From Auanema rhodensis (taxonomy: Eukaryota > Animalia > Nematoda), in NCBI GenBank assembly GCA_964057225.1, contig OZ059896.1, positions 22,878,001-22,942,000 of the forward strand: a stretch of 64,000 nucleotides of DNA, given 5' to 3'. Below the pieces are notes generated by a model. That model did no database searches, was not told the origin of the DNA, and worked only from the letters and a program-made list of their open reading frames with translations. Position numbers and translations under genes: made by a program. This document shows, in pieces, positions 12,501-26,954 of the stretch; the stretch's first letter is position 1; the number at the start of each line of letters is the position of its first letter.

Positions 12501-12690
12501 ACTTTGAAATTTACGTGAACTTTAATTTATGCTAATTGAATGTACACGTGATGTGCACTTGGTATGTAACTCGCTTCACGTGAAAGATAAAGAGATGCGG
12601 TTTTCAAAATTAGATTCCTCATGTCCATATTAGTCTAAAAACAAATTTTTATTAATATTGGTTCATGGTAACCATGTCTTTGAAATTTAC
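9530..12690. repeat. Tandem duplication of a 9-monomer block (1574 bp)
   Basis: Variants pair at a 1574-bp offset: AATCAAATG 9565/11139, GATATAGAG 9794/11368, TCTAGA 10361/11935, AAAAGTAC 10444/12018. 9x176-10 = 1574. Confidence 0.9.
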
Positions 12691-15068
12691 GTGAACATTA
12701 ATTTATGCTAATTAAATGTACACGTGATGTGCACTTGGTATGTAACTCGCTTCACGTGAAAGATAAAGAGATGTGGTTTTCAAAATTAGATTCCCCATGT
12801 CCATATTAGTCTAAAAACAAATTTTTATTGATATTAGTTCATGGTAACCATGACTTTGAAATTTACGTGAACTTTAATTTATGCTAATTAAATGTACACG
12901 TGATGTGCACTTGGTATGTAACTCGCTTCACGTGAAAGATAAAGAGATGCGGTTTTCAAAATTAGATTCCCCATGTCCATATTAGTCTAAAAACAAATTT
13001 TTATTGATATTGGTTCATGGTAACCATGACTTTGAAATTTACGTGAACTTTAATTTATGCTAATCAAATGTACACGTGATGTGCACTTGGTATGTAACTC
13101 GCTTCACGTGAAAGATAAAGAGATGCGGTTTTCAAAATTAGATTCCCCATGTCCATATTAGTCTAAAAACAAATTTTTATTGATATTGGTTCATGGTAAC
13201 CATGTCTTTGAAATTTACGTGAACTTTAATTTATGCTAATCAAATGTACACGTGATGTGCACTTGGTATGTAACTCGCTTCACGTGAAAGATAAAGAGAT
13301 GCGGTTTTCAAAATTAGATTCCCCATGTCCATATTAGTCTAAAAACAAATTTTTATTGATATTGGTTCATGGTAACCATGACTTTGAAATTTACGTGAAC
13401 ATTAATTTATGCTAATTAAATGTACACGTGATGTGCACTTGGTATGTAACTCGCTTCACGTGAAAGATAAAGAGATGCGGTTTTCAAAATTAGATTCCCC
13501 ATGTCCATATTAGTCTAAAAACAAATTTTTATTGATATTGGTTCATGGTAACCATGACTTTGAAATTTACGTGAACTTTAATTTATGCTAATCAAATGTA
13601 CACGTGATGTGCACTTGGTATGTAACTCGCTTCACGTGAAAGATAAAGAGATGCGGTTTTCAAAATTAGATTCCCCATGTCCATATTAGTCTAAAAACAA
13701 ATTTTATTGATATTGGTTCATGGTAACCATGACTTTGAAATTTACGTGAACTTTAATTTATGCTAATTAAATGTACACGTGATGTGCACTTGGTATGTAA
13801 CTCGCTTCACGTGAAAGATAAAGAGATGCGGTTTTCAAAATTAGATTCCCCATGTCCATATTAGTCTAAAAACAAATTTTTATTAATATTGGTTCATGGT
13901 AACCATGTCTTTGAAATTTACGTGAACTTTAATTTATGCTAATTAAATGTACACGTGATGTGCACTTGGTATGTAACTCGCTTGAAAGATAAAGAGATGC
14001 GGTTTTCAAAATTAGATTCCCCATGTCCATATTAGTCTAAAAACAAATTTTTATTGATATTGGTTCATGGTAACCATGACTTTGAAATTTACGTGAACTT
14101 TAATTTATGCTAATTAAATGTACACGTGATGTGCACTTGGTATGTAACTCGCTTCACGTGAAAGATAAAGAGATGCGGTTTTCAAAATTAGATTCCCCAT
14201 GTCCATATTAGTCTAAAAACAAATTTTTATTGATATTGGTTCATGGTAACCATGACTTTGAAATTTACGTGAACTTTAATTTATGCTAATTAAATGTACA
14301 CGTGATGTGCACTTGGTATGTAACTCGCTTCACGTGAAAGATAAAGAGATGCGGTTTTCAAAATTAGATTCCTCATGTCCATATTAGTCTAAAAACAAAT
14401 TTTTATTGATATTGGTTCATGGTAACCATGACTTTGAAATTTACGTGAACTTTAATTTATGCTAATTAAATGTACACGTGATGTGCACTTGGTATGTAAC
14501 TCGCTTCACGTGAAAGATAAAGAGATGCGGTTTTCAAAATTAGATTCCTCATGTCCATATTAGTCTAAAAACAAATTTTTATTAATATTGGTTCATGGTA
14601 ACCATGTCTTTGAAATTTACGTGAACATTAATTTATGCTAATTAAATGTACACGTGATGTGCACTTGGTATGTAACTCGCTTCACGTGAAAGATAAAGAG
14701 ATGTGGTTTTCAAAATTAGATTCCCCATGTCCATATTAGTCTAAAAACAAATTTTATTGATATTAGTTTATGGTAACCATGACTTTGAAATTTACGTGAA
14801 CTTTAATTTATGCTAATTAAATGTACACGTGATGTGCACTTGGTATGTAACTCGCTTCACGTGAAAGATAAAGAGATGCGGTTTTCAAAATTAAATTCCC
14901 CATGTCCATATTAGTCTAAAAACAAATTTTTATTAATATTGGTTCATGGTAACCATGTCTTTGAAATTTACGTGAACTTTAATTTATGCTAATTAAATGT
15001 ACACGTGATGTGCACTTGGTATGTAACTCGCTTCACGTGAAAGATAAAGAGATGCGGTTTTCAAAATT

Positions 15069-18000
15069 AGATTCCCCATGTCCATATTAGTCTAAAAACA
15101 AATTTTTATTAATATTGGTTCATGGTAACCATGACTTTGAAATTTACGTGAACTTTAATTTATGCTAATTAAATGTACACGTGATGTGCACTTGGTATGT
15201 AACTCGCTTGAAAGATAAAGAGATGCGGTTTTCAAAATTAGATTCCCCATGTCCATATTAGTCTAAAAACAAATTTTTATTGATATTGGTTCATGGTAAC
15301 CATGACTTTGAAATTTACGTGAACTTTAATTTATGCTAATTAAATGTACACGTGATGTGCACTTGGTATGTAACTCGCTTCACGTGAAAGATAAAGAGAT
15401 GCGGTTTTCAAAATTAGATTCCCCATGTCCATATTAGTCTAAAAACAAATTTTTATTAATATTGGTTCATGGTAACCATGTCTTTGAAATTTACGTGAAC
15501 TTTAATTTATGCTAATTAAATGTACACGTGATGTGCACTTGGTATGTAACTCGCTTGAAAGATAAAGAGATGCGGTTTTCAAAATTAGATTCCCCATGTC
15601 CATATTAGTCTAAAAACAAATTTTTATTGATATTGGTTCATGGTAACCATGACTTTGAAATTTACGTGAACTTTAATTTATGCTAATTAAATGTACACGT
15701 GATGTGCACTTGGTATGTAACTCGCTTCACGTGAAAGATAAAGAGATGCGGTTTTCAAAATTAGATTCCCCATGTCCATATTAGTCTAAAAACAAATTTT
15801 TATTGATATTGGTTCATGGTAACCATGACTTTGAAATTTACGTGAACTTTAATTTATGCTAATTAAATGTACACGTGATGTGCACTTGGTATGTAACTCG
15901 CTTCACGTGAAAGATAAAGAGATGCGGTTTTCAAAATTAGATTCCCCATGTCCATATTAGTCTAAAAACAAATTTTTATTAATATTGGTTCATGGTAACC
16001 ATGTCTTTGAAATTTACGTGAACTTTAATTTATGCTAATTAAAAGTACACGTGATGTGCACTTGGTATGTAACTCGCTTGAAAGATAAAGAGATGCGGTT
16101 TTCAAAATTAGATTCCCCATGTCCATATTAGTCTAAAAACAAATTTTTATTGATATTGGTTCATGGTAACCATGACTTTGAAATTTACGTGAATTTTAAT
16201 TTATGCTAATTAAATGTACACGTGATGTGCACTTGGTATGTAACTCGCTTCACGTGAAAGATAAAGAGATGCGGTTTTCAAAATTAGATTCCCCATGTCC
16301 ATATTAGTCTAAAAACAAATTTTTATTGATATTGGTTCATGGTAACCATGACTTTGAAATTTACGTGAACTTTAATTTATGCTAATTAAATGTACACGTG
16401 ATGTGCACTTGGTATGTAACTCGCTTCACGTGAAAGATAAAGAGATGCGGTTTTCAAAATTAGATTCCCCATGTCCATATTAGTCTAAAAACAAATTTTT
16501 ATTGATATTGGTTCATGGTAACCATGACTTTGAAATTTACGTGAACTTTAATTTATGCTAATTGAATGTACACGTGATGTGCACTTGGTATGTAACTCGC
16601 TTCACGTGAAAGATAAAGAGATGCGGTTTTCAAAATTAGATTCCTCATGTCCATATTAGTCTAAAAACAAATTTTTATTAATATTGGTTCATGGTAACCA
16701 TGTCTTTGAAATTTACGTGAACATTAATTTATGCTAATTAAATGTACACGTGATGTGCACTTGGTATGTAACTCGCTTCACGTGAAAGATAAAGAGATGT
16801 GGTTTTCAAAATTAGATTCCCCATGTCCATATTAGTCTAAAAACAAATTTTTATTGATATTAGTTCATGGTAACCATGACTTTGAAATTTACGTGAACTT
16901 TAATTTATGCTAATTAAATGTACACGTGATGTGCACTTGGTATGTAACTCGCTTCACGTGAAAGATAAAGAGATGCGGTTTTCAAAATTAGATTCCCCAT
17001 GTCCATATTAGTCTAAAAACAAATTTTTATTGATATTGGTTCATGGTAACCATGACTTTGAAATTTACGTGAACTTTAATTTATGCTAATCAAATGTACA
17101 CGTGATGTGCACTTGGTATGTAACTCGCTTCACGTGAAAGATAAAGAGATGCGGTTTTCAAAATTAGATTCCCCATGTCCATATTAGTCTAAAAACAAAT
17201 TTTTATTGATATTGGTTCATGGTAACCATGACTTTGAAATTTACGTGAACTTTAATTTATGCTAATTAAATGTACACGTGATGTGCACTTGGTATGTAAC
17301 TCGCTTGAAAGATAAAGAGATGCGGTTTTCAAAATTAGATTCCCCATGTCCATATTAGTCTAAAAACAAATTTTTATTGATATTGGTTCATGGTAACCAT
17401 GACTTTGAAATTTACGTGAACTTTAATTTATGCTAATTAAATGTACACGTGATGTGCACTTGGTATGTAACTCGCTTCACGTGAAAGATAAAGAGATGCG
17501 GTTTTCAAAATTAGATTCCCCATGTCCATATTAGTCTAAAAACAAATTTTTATTAATATTGGTTCATGGTAACCATGTCTTTGAAATTTACGTGAACTTT
17601 AATTTATGCTAATTAAATGTACACGTGATGTGCACTTGGTATGTAACTCGCTTGAAAGATAAAGAGATGCGGTTTTCAAAATTAGATTCCCCATGTCCAT
17701 ATTAGTCTAAAAACAAATTTTTATTGATATTGGTTCATGGTAACCATGACTTTGAAATTTACGTGAACTTTAATTTATGCTAATTAAATGTACACGTGAT
17801 GTGCACTTGGTATGTAACTCGCTTCACGTGAAAGATAAAGAGATGCGGTTTTCAAAATTAGATTCCCCATGTCCATATTAGTCTAAAAACAAATTTTTAT
17901 TGATATTGGTTCATGGTAACCATGACTTTGAAATTTACGTGAACTTTAATTTATGCTAATTAAATGTACACGTGATGTGCACTTGGTATGTAACTCGCTT

Positions 18001-21000
18001 CACGTGAAAGATAAAGAGATGCGGTTTTCAAAATTAGATTCCCCATGTCCATATTAGTCTAAAAACAAATTTTTATTAATATTGGTTCATGGTAACCATG
18101 TCTTTGAAATTTACGTGAACTTTAATTTATGCTAATTAAAAGTACACGTGATGTGCACTTGGTATGTAACTCGCTTGAAAGATAAAGAGATGCGGTTTTC
18201 AAAATTAGATTCCCCATGTCCATATTAGTCTAAAAACAAATTTTTATTGATATTGGTTCATGGTAACCATGACTTTGAAATTTACGTGAATTTTAATTTA
18301 TGCTAATTAAATGTACACGTGATGTGCACTTGGTATGTAACTCGCTTCACGTGAAAGATAAAGAGATGCGGTTTTCAAAATTAGATTCCCCATGTCCATA
18401 TTAGTCTAAAAACAAATTTTTATTGATATTGGTTCATGGTAACCATGACTTTGAAATTTACGTGAACTTTAATTTATGCTAATTAAATGTACACGTGATG
18501 TGCACTTGGTATGTAACTCGCTTCACGTGAAAGATAAAGAGATGCGGTTTTCAAAATTAGATTCCCCATGTCCATATTAGTCTAAAAACAAATTTTTATT
18601 GATATTGGTTCATGGTAACCATGACTTTGAAATTTACGTGAACTTTAATTTATGCTAATTGAATGTACACGTGATGTGCACTTGGTATGTAACTCGCTTC
18701 ACGTGAAAGATAAAGAGATGCGGTTTTCAAAATTAGATTCCTCATGTCCTTATTAGTCTAAAAACAAATTTTTATTAATATTGGTTCATGGTAACCATGT
18801 CTTTGAAATTTACGTGAACATTAATTTATGCTAATTAAATGTACACGTGATGTGCACTTGGTATGTAACTCGCTTCACGTGAAAGATAAAGAGATGTGGT
18901 TTTCAAAATTAGATTCCCCATGTCCATATTAGTCTAAAAACAAATTTTTATTAATATTGGTTCATGGTAACCATGTCTTTGAAATTTACGTGAACTTTAA
19001 TTTATGCTAATTAAATGTACACGTGATGTGCACTTGGTATGTAACTCGCTTGAAAGATAAAGAGATGCGGTTTTCAAAATTAGATTCCCCATGTCCATAT
19101 TAGTCTAAAAACAAATTTTTATTGATATTGGTTCATGGTAACCATGACTTTGAAATTTACGTGAACTTTAATTTATGCTAATTAAATGTACACGTGATGT
19201 GCACTTGGTATGTAACTCGCTTCACGTGAAAGATAAAGAGATGCGGTTTTCAAAATTAGATTCCCCATGTCCATATTAGTCTAAAAACAAATTTTTATTA
19301 ATATTGGTTCATGGTAACCATGTCTTTGAAATTTACGTGAACTTTAATTTATGCTAATTAAATGTACACGTGATGTGCACTTGGTATGTAACTCGCTTGA
19401 AAGATAAAGAGATGCGGTTTTCAAAATTAGATTCCCCATGTCCATATTAGTCTAAAAACAAATTTTTATTGATATTGGTTCATGGTAACCATGACTTTGA
19501 AATTTACGTGAACTTTAATTTATGCTAATTAAATGTACACGTGATGTGCACTTGGTATGTAACTCGCTTCACGTGAAAGATAAAGAGATGCGGTTTTCAA
19601 AATTAGATTTCCCATGTCCATATTAGTCTAAAAACAAATTTTTATTGATATTGGTTCATGGTAACCATGACTTTGAAATTTACGTGAACTTTAATTTATG
19701 CTAATTAAATGTACACGTGATGTGCACTTGGTATGTAACTCGCTTCACGTGAAAGATAAAGAGATGCGGTTTTCAAAATTAGATTCCCCATGTCCATATT
19801 AGTCTAAAAACAAATTTTTATTAATATTGGTTCATGGTAACCATGTCTTTGAAATTTACGTGAACTTTAATTTATGCTAATTAAAAGTACACGTGATGTG
19901 CACTTGGTATGTAACTCGCTTGAAAGATAAAGAGATGCGGTTTTCAAAATTAGATTCCCCATGTCCATATTAGTCTAAAAACAAATTTTTATTGATATTG
20001 GTTCATGGTAACCATGACTTTGAAATTTACGTGAATTTTAATTTATGCTAATTAAATGTACACGTGATGTGCACTTGGTATGTAACTCGCTTCACGTGAA
20101 AGATAAAGAGATGCGGTTTTCAAAATTAGATTCCCCATGTCCATATTAGTCTAAAAACAAATTTTTATTGATATTGGTTCATGGTAACCATGACTTTGAA
20201 ATTTACGTGAACTTTAATTTATGCTAATTAAATGTACACGTGATGTGCACTTGGTATGTAACTCGCTTCACGTGAAAGATAAAGAGATGCGGTTTTCAAA
20301 ATTAGATTCCCCATGTCCATATTAGTCTAAAAACAAATTTTTATTGATATTGGTTCATGGTAACCATGACTTTGAAATTTACGTGAACTTTAATTTATGC
20401 TAATTGAATGTACACGTGATGTGCACTTGGTATGTAACTCGCTTCACGTGAAAGATAAAGAGATGCGGTTTTCAAAATTAGATTCCTCATGTCCATATTA
20501 GTCTAAAAACAAATTTTTATTAATATTGGTTCATGGTAACCATGTCTTTGAAATTTACGTGAACATTAATTTATGCTAATTAAATGTACACGTGATGTGC
20601 ACTTGGTATGTAACTCGCTTCACGTGAAAGATAAAGAGATGTGGTTTTCAAAATTAGATTCCCCATGTCCATATTAGTCTAAAAACAAATTTTTATTGAT
20701 ATTAGTTCATGGTAACCATGACTTTGAAATTTACGTGAACTTTAATTTATGCTAATTAAATGTACACGTGATGTGCACTTGGTATGTAACTCGCTTCACG
20801 TGAAAGATAAAGAGATGCGGTTTTCAAAATTAGATTCCCCATGTCCATATTAGTCTAAAAACAAATTTTTATTGATATTGGTTCATGGTAACCATGACTT
20901 TGAAATTTACGTGAACTTTAATTTATGCTAATCAAATGTACACGTGATGTGCACTTGGTATGTAACTCGCTTCACGTGAAAGATAAAGAGATGCGGTTTT

Positions 21001-22404
21001 CAAAATTAGATTCCCCATGTCCATATTAGTCTAAAAACAAATTTTTATTGATATTGGTTCATGGTAACCATGTCTTTGAAATTTACGTGAACTTTAATTT
21101 ATGCTAATCAAATGTACACGTGATGTGCACTTGGTATGTAACTCGCTTCACGTGAAAGATAAAGAGATGCGGTTTTCAAAATTAGATTCCCCATGTCCAT
21201 ATTAGTCTAAAAACAAATTTTTATTGATATTGGTTCATGGTAACCATGACTTTGAAATTTACGTGAACATTAATTTATGCTAATTAAATGTACACGTGAT
21301 GTGCACTTGGTATGTAACTCGCTTCACGTGAAAGATAAAGAGATGCGGTTTTCAAAATTAGATTCCCCATGTCCATATTAGTCTAAAAACAAATTTTTAT
21401 TGATATTGGTTCATGGTAACCATGACTTTGAAATTTACGTGAACTTTAATTTATGCTAATCAAATGTACACGTGATGTGCACTTGGTATGTAACTCGCTT
21501 CACGTGAAAGATAAAGAGATGCGGTTTTCAAAATTAGATTCCCCATGTCCATATTAGTCTAAAAACAAATTTTATTGATATTGGTTCATGGTAACCATGA
21601 CTTTGAAATTTATGTGAACTTTAATTTATGCTAATTAAATGTACACGTGATGTGCACTTGGTATGTAACTCGCTTCACGTGAAAGATAAAGAGATGCGGT
21701 TTTCAAAATTAGATTCCCCATGTCCATATTAGTCTAAAAACAAATTTTTATTAATATTGGTTCATGGTAACCATGTCTTTGAAATTTACGTGAACTTTAA
21801 TTTATGCTAATTAAATGTACACGTGATGTGCACTTGGTATGTAACTCGCTTGAAAGATAAAGAGATGCGGTTTTCAAAATTAGATTCCCCATGTCCATAT
21901 TAGTCTAAAAACAAATTTTTATTGATATTGGTTCATGGTAACCATGACTTTGAAATTTACGTGAACTTTAATTTATGCTAATTAAATGTACACGTGATGT
22001 GCACTTGGTATGTAACTCGCTTCACGTGAAAGATAAAGAGATGCGGTTTTCAAAATTAGATTCCCCATGTCCATATTAGTCTAAAAACAAATTTTTATTA
22101 ATATTGGTTCATGGTAACCATGTCTTTGAAATTTACGTGAACTTTAATTTATGCTAATTAAAAGTACACGTGATGTGCACTTGGTATGTAACTCGCTTGA
22201 AAGATAAAGAGATGCGGTTTTCAAAATTAGATTCCCCATGTCCATATTAGTCTAAAAACAAATTTTTATTGATATTGGTTCATGGTAACCATGACTTTGA
22301 AATTTACGTGAATTTTAATTTATGCTAATTAAATGTACACGTGATGTGCACTTGGTATGTAACTCGCTTCACGTGAAAGATAAAGAGATGCGGTTTTCAA
22401 AATT
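15069..22404. repeat. Variable-length higher-order repeats (12, 10 and 13 monomers)
   Basis: A marker pair (T106A plus 5-bp deletion, then C85T in the next monomer) has T106A at 16044, 18141, 19886 and 22163. Spacings are 2097, 1745 and 2277 bp. Confidence 0.8.
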
Positions 22405-22580
22405 AGATTCCCCATGTCCATATTAGTCTAAAAACAAATTTTTATTGATATTGGTTCATGGTAACCATGACTTTGAAATTTACGTGAACTTTAATTTATG
22501 CTAATTAAATGTACACGTGATGTGCACTTGGTATGTAACTCGCTTCACGTGAAAGATAAAGAGATGCGGTTTTCAAAATT

Positions 22581-25500
22581 AGATTCCCCATGTCCATATT
22601 AGTCTAAAAACAAATTTTTATTGATATTGGTTCATGGTAACCATGACTTTGAAATTTACGTGAACTTTAATTTATGCTAATTAAATGTACACGTGATGTG
22701 CACTTGGTATGTAACTCGCTTCACGTGAAAGGTAAAGAGATGCGGTTTTCAAAATTAAATTCCCCATGTCCATATTAGTCTAAAAACAAATTTTATTGAT
22801 ATTAGTTCATGGTAACCATGACTTTGAAATTTACGTGAACTTTAATTTATGCTAATTAAATGTACACGTGATGTGCACTTGGTATGTAACTCGCTTCACG
22901 TGAAAGGTAAAGAGATGCGGTTTTCAAAATTAAATTCCCCATGTCCATATTAGTCTAAAAACAAATTTTTATTAATATTGGTTCATGGTAACCATGACTT
23001 TGAAATTTACGTGAACTTTAATTTATGCTAATTAAATGTACACGTGATGTGCACTTGGTATGTAACTTGCTTCACGTGAAAGATAAAGAGATGCGGTTTT
23101 CAAAATTAGATTCCTCATGTCCATATTAGTCTAAAAACAAATTTTTATTAATATTGGTTCATGGTAACCATGTCTTTGAAATTTACGTGAACATTAATTT
23201 ATGCTAATTAAATGTACACGTGATGTGCACTTGGTATGTAACTCGCTTCACGTGAAAGATAAAGAGATGCGGTTTTCAAAATTAGATTCCCCATGTCCAT
23301 ATTAGTCTAAAAACAAATTTTTATTAATATTGGTTCATGGTAACCATGTCTTTGAAATTTACGTGAACTTTAATTTATGCTAATTAAATGTACACGTGAT
23401 GTGCACTTGGTATGTAACTCGCTTCACGTGAAAGATAAAGAGATGCGGTTTTCAAAATTAGATTCCCCATGTCCATATTAGTCTAAAAACAAATTTTTAT
23501 TGATATTGGTTCATGGTAACCATGACTTTGAAATTTACGTGAACTTTAATTTATGCTAATTAAATGTACACGTGATGTGCACTTGGTATGTAACTCGCTT
23601 GAAAGATAAAGAGATGCGGTTTTCAAAATTAGATTCCCCATGTCCACATTAGTCTAAAAACAAATTTTATTGATATTAGTTCATGGTAACCATGACTTTG
23701 AAATTTACGTGAACTTTAATTTATGCTAATTGAATGTACACGTGATGTGCACTTGGTATGTAACTTGCTTCACGTGAAAGATAAAGAGATGCGGTTTTCA
23801 AAATTAGATTCCTCATGTCCATATTAGTCTAAAAACAAATTTTTATTAATATTGGTTCATGGTAACCATGTCTTTGAAATTTACGTGAACATTAATTTAT
23901 GCTAATTAAATGTACACGTGATGTGCACTTGGTATGTAACTCGCTTCACGTGAAAGATAAAGAGATGTGGTTTTCAAAATTAGATTCCCCATGTCCATAT
24001 TAGTCTAAAAACAAATTTTATTGATATTAGTTCATGGTAACCATGACTTTGAAATTTACGTGAACTTTAATTTATGCTAATTAAATGTACACGTGATGTG
24101 CACTTGGTATGTAACTCGCTTCACGTGAAAGATAAAGAGATGTGGTTTTCAAAATTAGATTCCCCATGTCCATATTAGTCTAAAAACAAATTTTATTGAT
24201 ATTAGTTCATGGTAACCATGACTTTGAAATTTACGTGAACTTTAATTTATGCTAATTAAATGTACACGTGATGTGCACTTGGTATGTAACTCGCTTCACG
24301 TGAAAGGTAAAGAGATGCGGTTTTCAAAATTAAATTCCCCATGTCCATATTAGTCTAAAAACAAATTTTATTGATATTAGTTCATGGTAACCATGACTTT
24401 GAAATTTACGTGAACTTTAATTTATGCTAATTAAATGTACACGTGATGTGCACTTGGTATGTAACTCGCTTCACGTGAAAGGTAAAGAGATGCGGTTTTC
24501 AAAATTAAATTCCCCATGTCCATATTAGTCTAAAAACAAATTTTTATTAATATTGGTTCATGGTAACCATGACTTTGAAATTTACGTGAACTTTAATTTA
24601 TGCTAATTAAATGTACACGTGATGTGCACTTGGTATGTAACTCGCTTCACGTGAAAGATAAAGAGATGCGGTTTTCAAAATTAAATTCCCCATGTCCATA
24701 TTAGTCTAAAAACAAATTTTTATTGATATTGGTTCATGGTAACCATGACTTTGAAATTTACGTGAACTTTAATTTATGCTAATTAAATGTACACGTGATG
24801 TGCACTTGGTATGTAACTCGCTTCACGTGAAAGATAAAGAGATGCGGTTTTCAAAATTAGATTCCCCATGTCCATATTAGTCTAAAAACAAATTTTTATT
24901 AATATTGGTTCATGGTAACCATGTCTTTGAAATTTACGTGAACTTTAATTTATGCTAATTAAATGTACACGTGATGTGCACTTGGTATGTAACTCGCTTC
25001 ACGTGAAAGATAAAGAGATGCGGTTTTCAAAATTAGATTCCCCATGTCCATATTAGTCTAAAAACAAATTTTTATTGATATTGGTTCATGGTAACCATGA
25101 CTTTGAAATTTACGTGAACTTTAATTTATGCTAATTAAATGTACACGTGATGTGCACTTGGTATGTAACTCGCTTGAAAGATAAAGAGATGCGGTTTTCA
25201 AAATTAGATTCCCCATGTCCACATTAGTCTAAAAACAAATTTTTATTGATATTGGTTCATGGTAACCATGACTTTGAAATTTACGTGAACTTTAATTTAT
25301 GCTAATTAAATGTACACGTGATGTGCACTTGGTATGTAACTCGCTTCACGTGAAAGATAAAGAGATGCGGTTTTCAAAATTAGATTCCCCATGTCCATAT
25401 TAGTCTAAAAACAAATTTTTATTAATATTGGTTCATGGTAACCATGTCTTTGAAATTTACGTGAACTTTAATTTATGCTAATTAAATGTACACGTGATGT

Positions 25501-25730
25501 GCACTTGGTATGTAACTCGCTTGAAAGATAAAGAGATGCGGTTTTCAAAATTAGATTCCCCATGTCCATATTAGTCTAAAAACAAATTTTTATTGATATT
25601 GGTTCATGGTAACCATGACTTTGAAATTTACGTGAACTTTAATTTATGCTAATTAAATGTACACGTGATGTGCACTTGGTATGTAACTCGCTTCACGTGA
25701 AAGATAAAGAGATGCGGTTTTCAAAATTAG
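22581..25730. repeat. Imperfect tandem duplication of a 9-monomer block (1575 bp)
   Basis: GAAAGGTAAAG at 22732/24307 and 22907/24482, and TCCACATT at 23647/25222, are all offset by 1575 bp. Some intervening monomers differ and the ends are approximate. Confidence 0.75.
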
Positions 25731-26954
25731 ATTCCCCATGTCCATATTAGTCTAAAAACAAATTTTTATTGATATTGGTTCATGGTAACCATGACTTTGA
25801 AATTTACGTGAACTTTAATTTATGCTAATTAAATGTACACGTGATGTGCACTTGGTATGTAACTCGCTTCACGTGAAAGATAAAGAGATGCGGTTTTCAA
25901 AATTAGATTCCTCATGTCCATATTAGTCTAAAAACAAATTTTTATTGATATTGGTTCATGGTAACCATGACTTTGAAATTTACGTGAACTTTAATTTATG
26001 CTAATTGAATGTACACGTGATGTGCACTTGGTATGTAACTCGCTTCACGTGAAAGATAAAGAGATGCGGTTTTCAAAATTAGATTCCTCATGTCCATATT
26101 AGTCTAAAAACAAATTTTTATTAATATTGGTTCATGGTAACCATGTCTTTGAAATTTACGTGAACATTAATTTATGCTAATTAAATGTACACGTGATGTG
26201 CACTTGGTATGTAACTCGCTTCACGTGAAAGATAAAGAGATGTGGTTTTCAAAATTAGATTCCCCATGTCCATATTAGTCTAAAAACAAATTTTATTGAT
26301 ATTAGTTCATGGTAACCATGACTTTGAAATTTACGTGAACTTTAATTTATGCTAATTAAATGTACACGTGATGTGCACTTGGTATGTAACTCGCTTCACG
26401 TGAAAGATAAAGAGATGCGGTTTTCAAAATTAAATTCCCCATGTCCATATTAGTCTAAAAACAAATTTTTATTAATATTGGTTCATGGTAACCATGTCTT
26501 TGAAATTTACGTGAACTTTAATTTATGCTAATTAAATGTACACGTGATGTGCACTTGGTATGTAACTCGCTTCACGTGAAAGATAAAGAGATGCGGTTTT
26601 CAAAATTAGATTCCCCATGTCCATATTAGTCTAAAAACAAATTTTTATTGATATTGGTTCATGGTAACCATGACTTTGAAATTTACGTGAACTTTAATTT
26701 ATGCTAATTAAATGTACACGTGATGTGCACTTGGTATGTAACTCGCTTCACGTGAAAGATAAAGAGATGCGGTTTTCAAAATTAGATTCCTCATGTCCAT
26801 ATTAGTCTAAAAACAAATTTTTATTAATATTGGTTCATGGTAACCATGTCTTTGAAATTTACGTGAACTTTAATTTATGCTAATTAAATGTACACGTGAT
26901 GTGCACTTGGTATGTAACTCGCTTGAAAGATAAAGAGATGCGGTTTTCAAAATT

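Larger units (their letters stand above)
1..26954. repeat. Variant domain A: contains 171-bp (CACGT-deleted) and 175-bp monomers and A-type SNVs
   Basis: I counted 28 five-bp deletions (CGCTTGAAAG instead of CGCTTCACGTGAAAG), from about 670 to about 26924. Recurrent variants: ATTCCTCATG, GAACATTAA, GATGTGG, ATATTAGTT, AATCAAATG, AAAAGTAC. The right boundary is approximate. Confidence 0.85.
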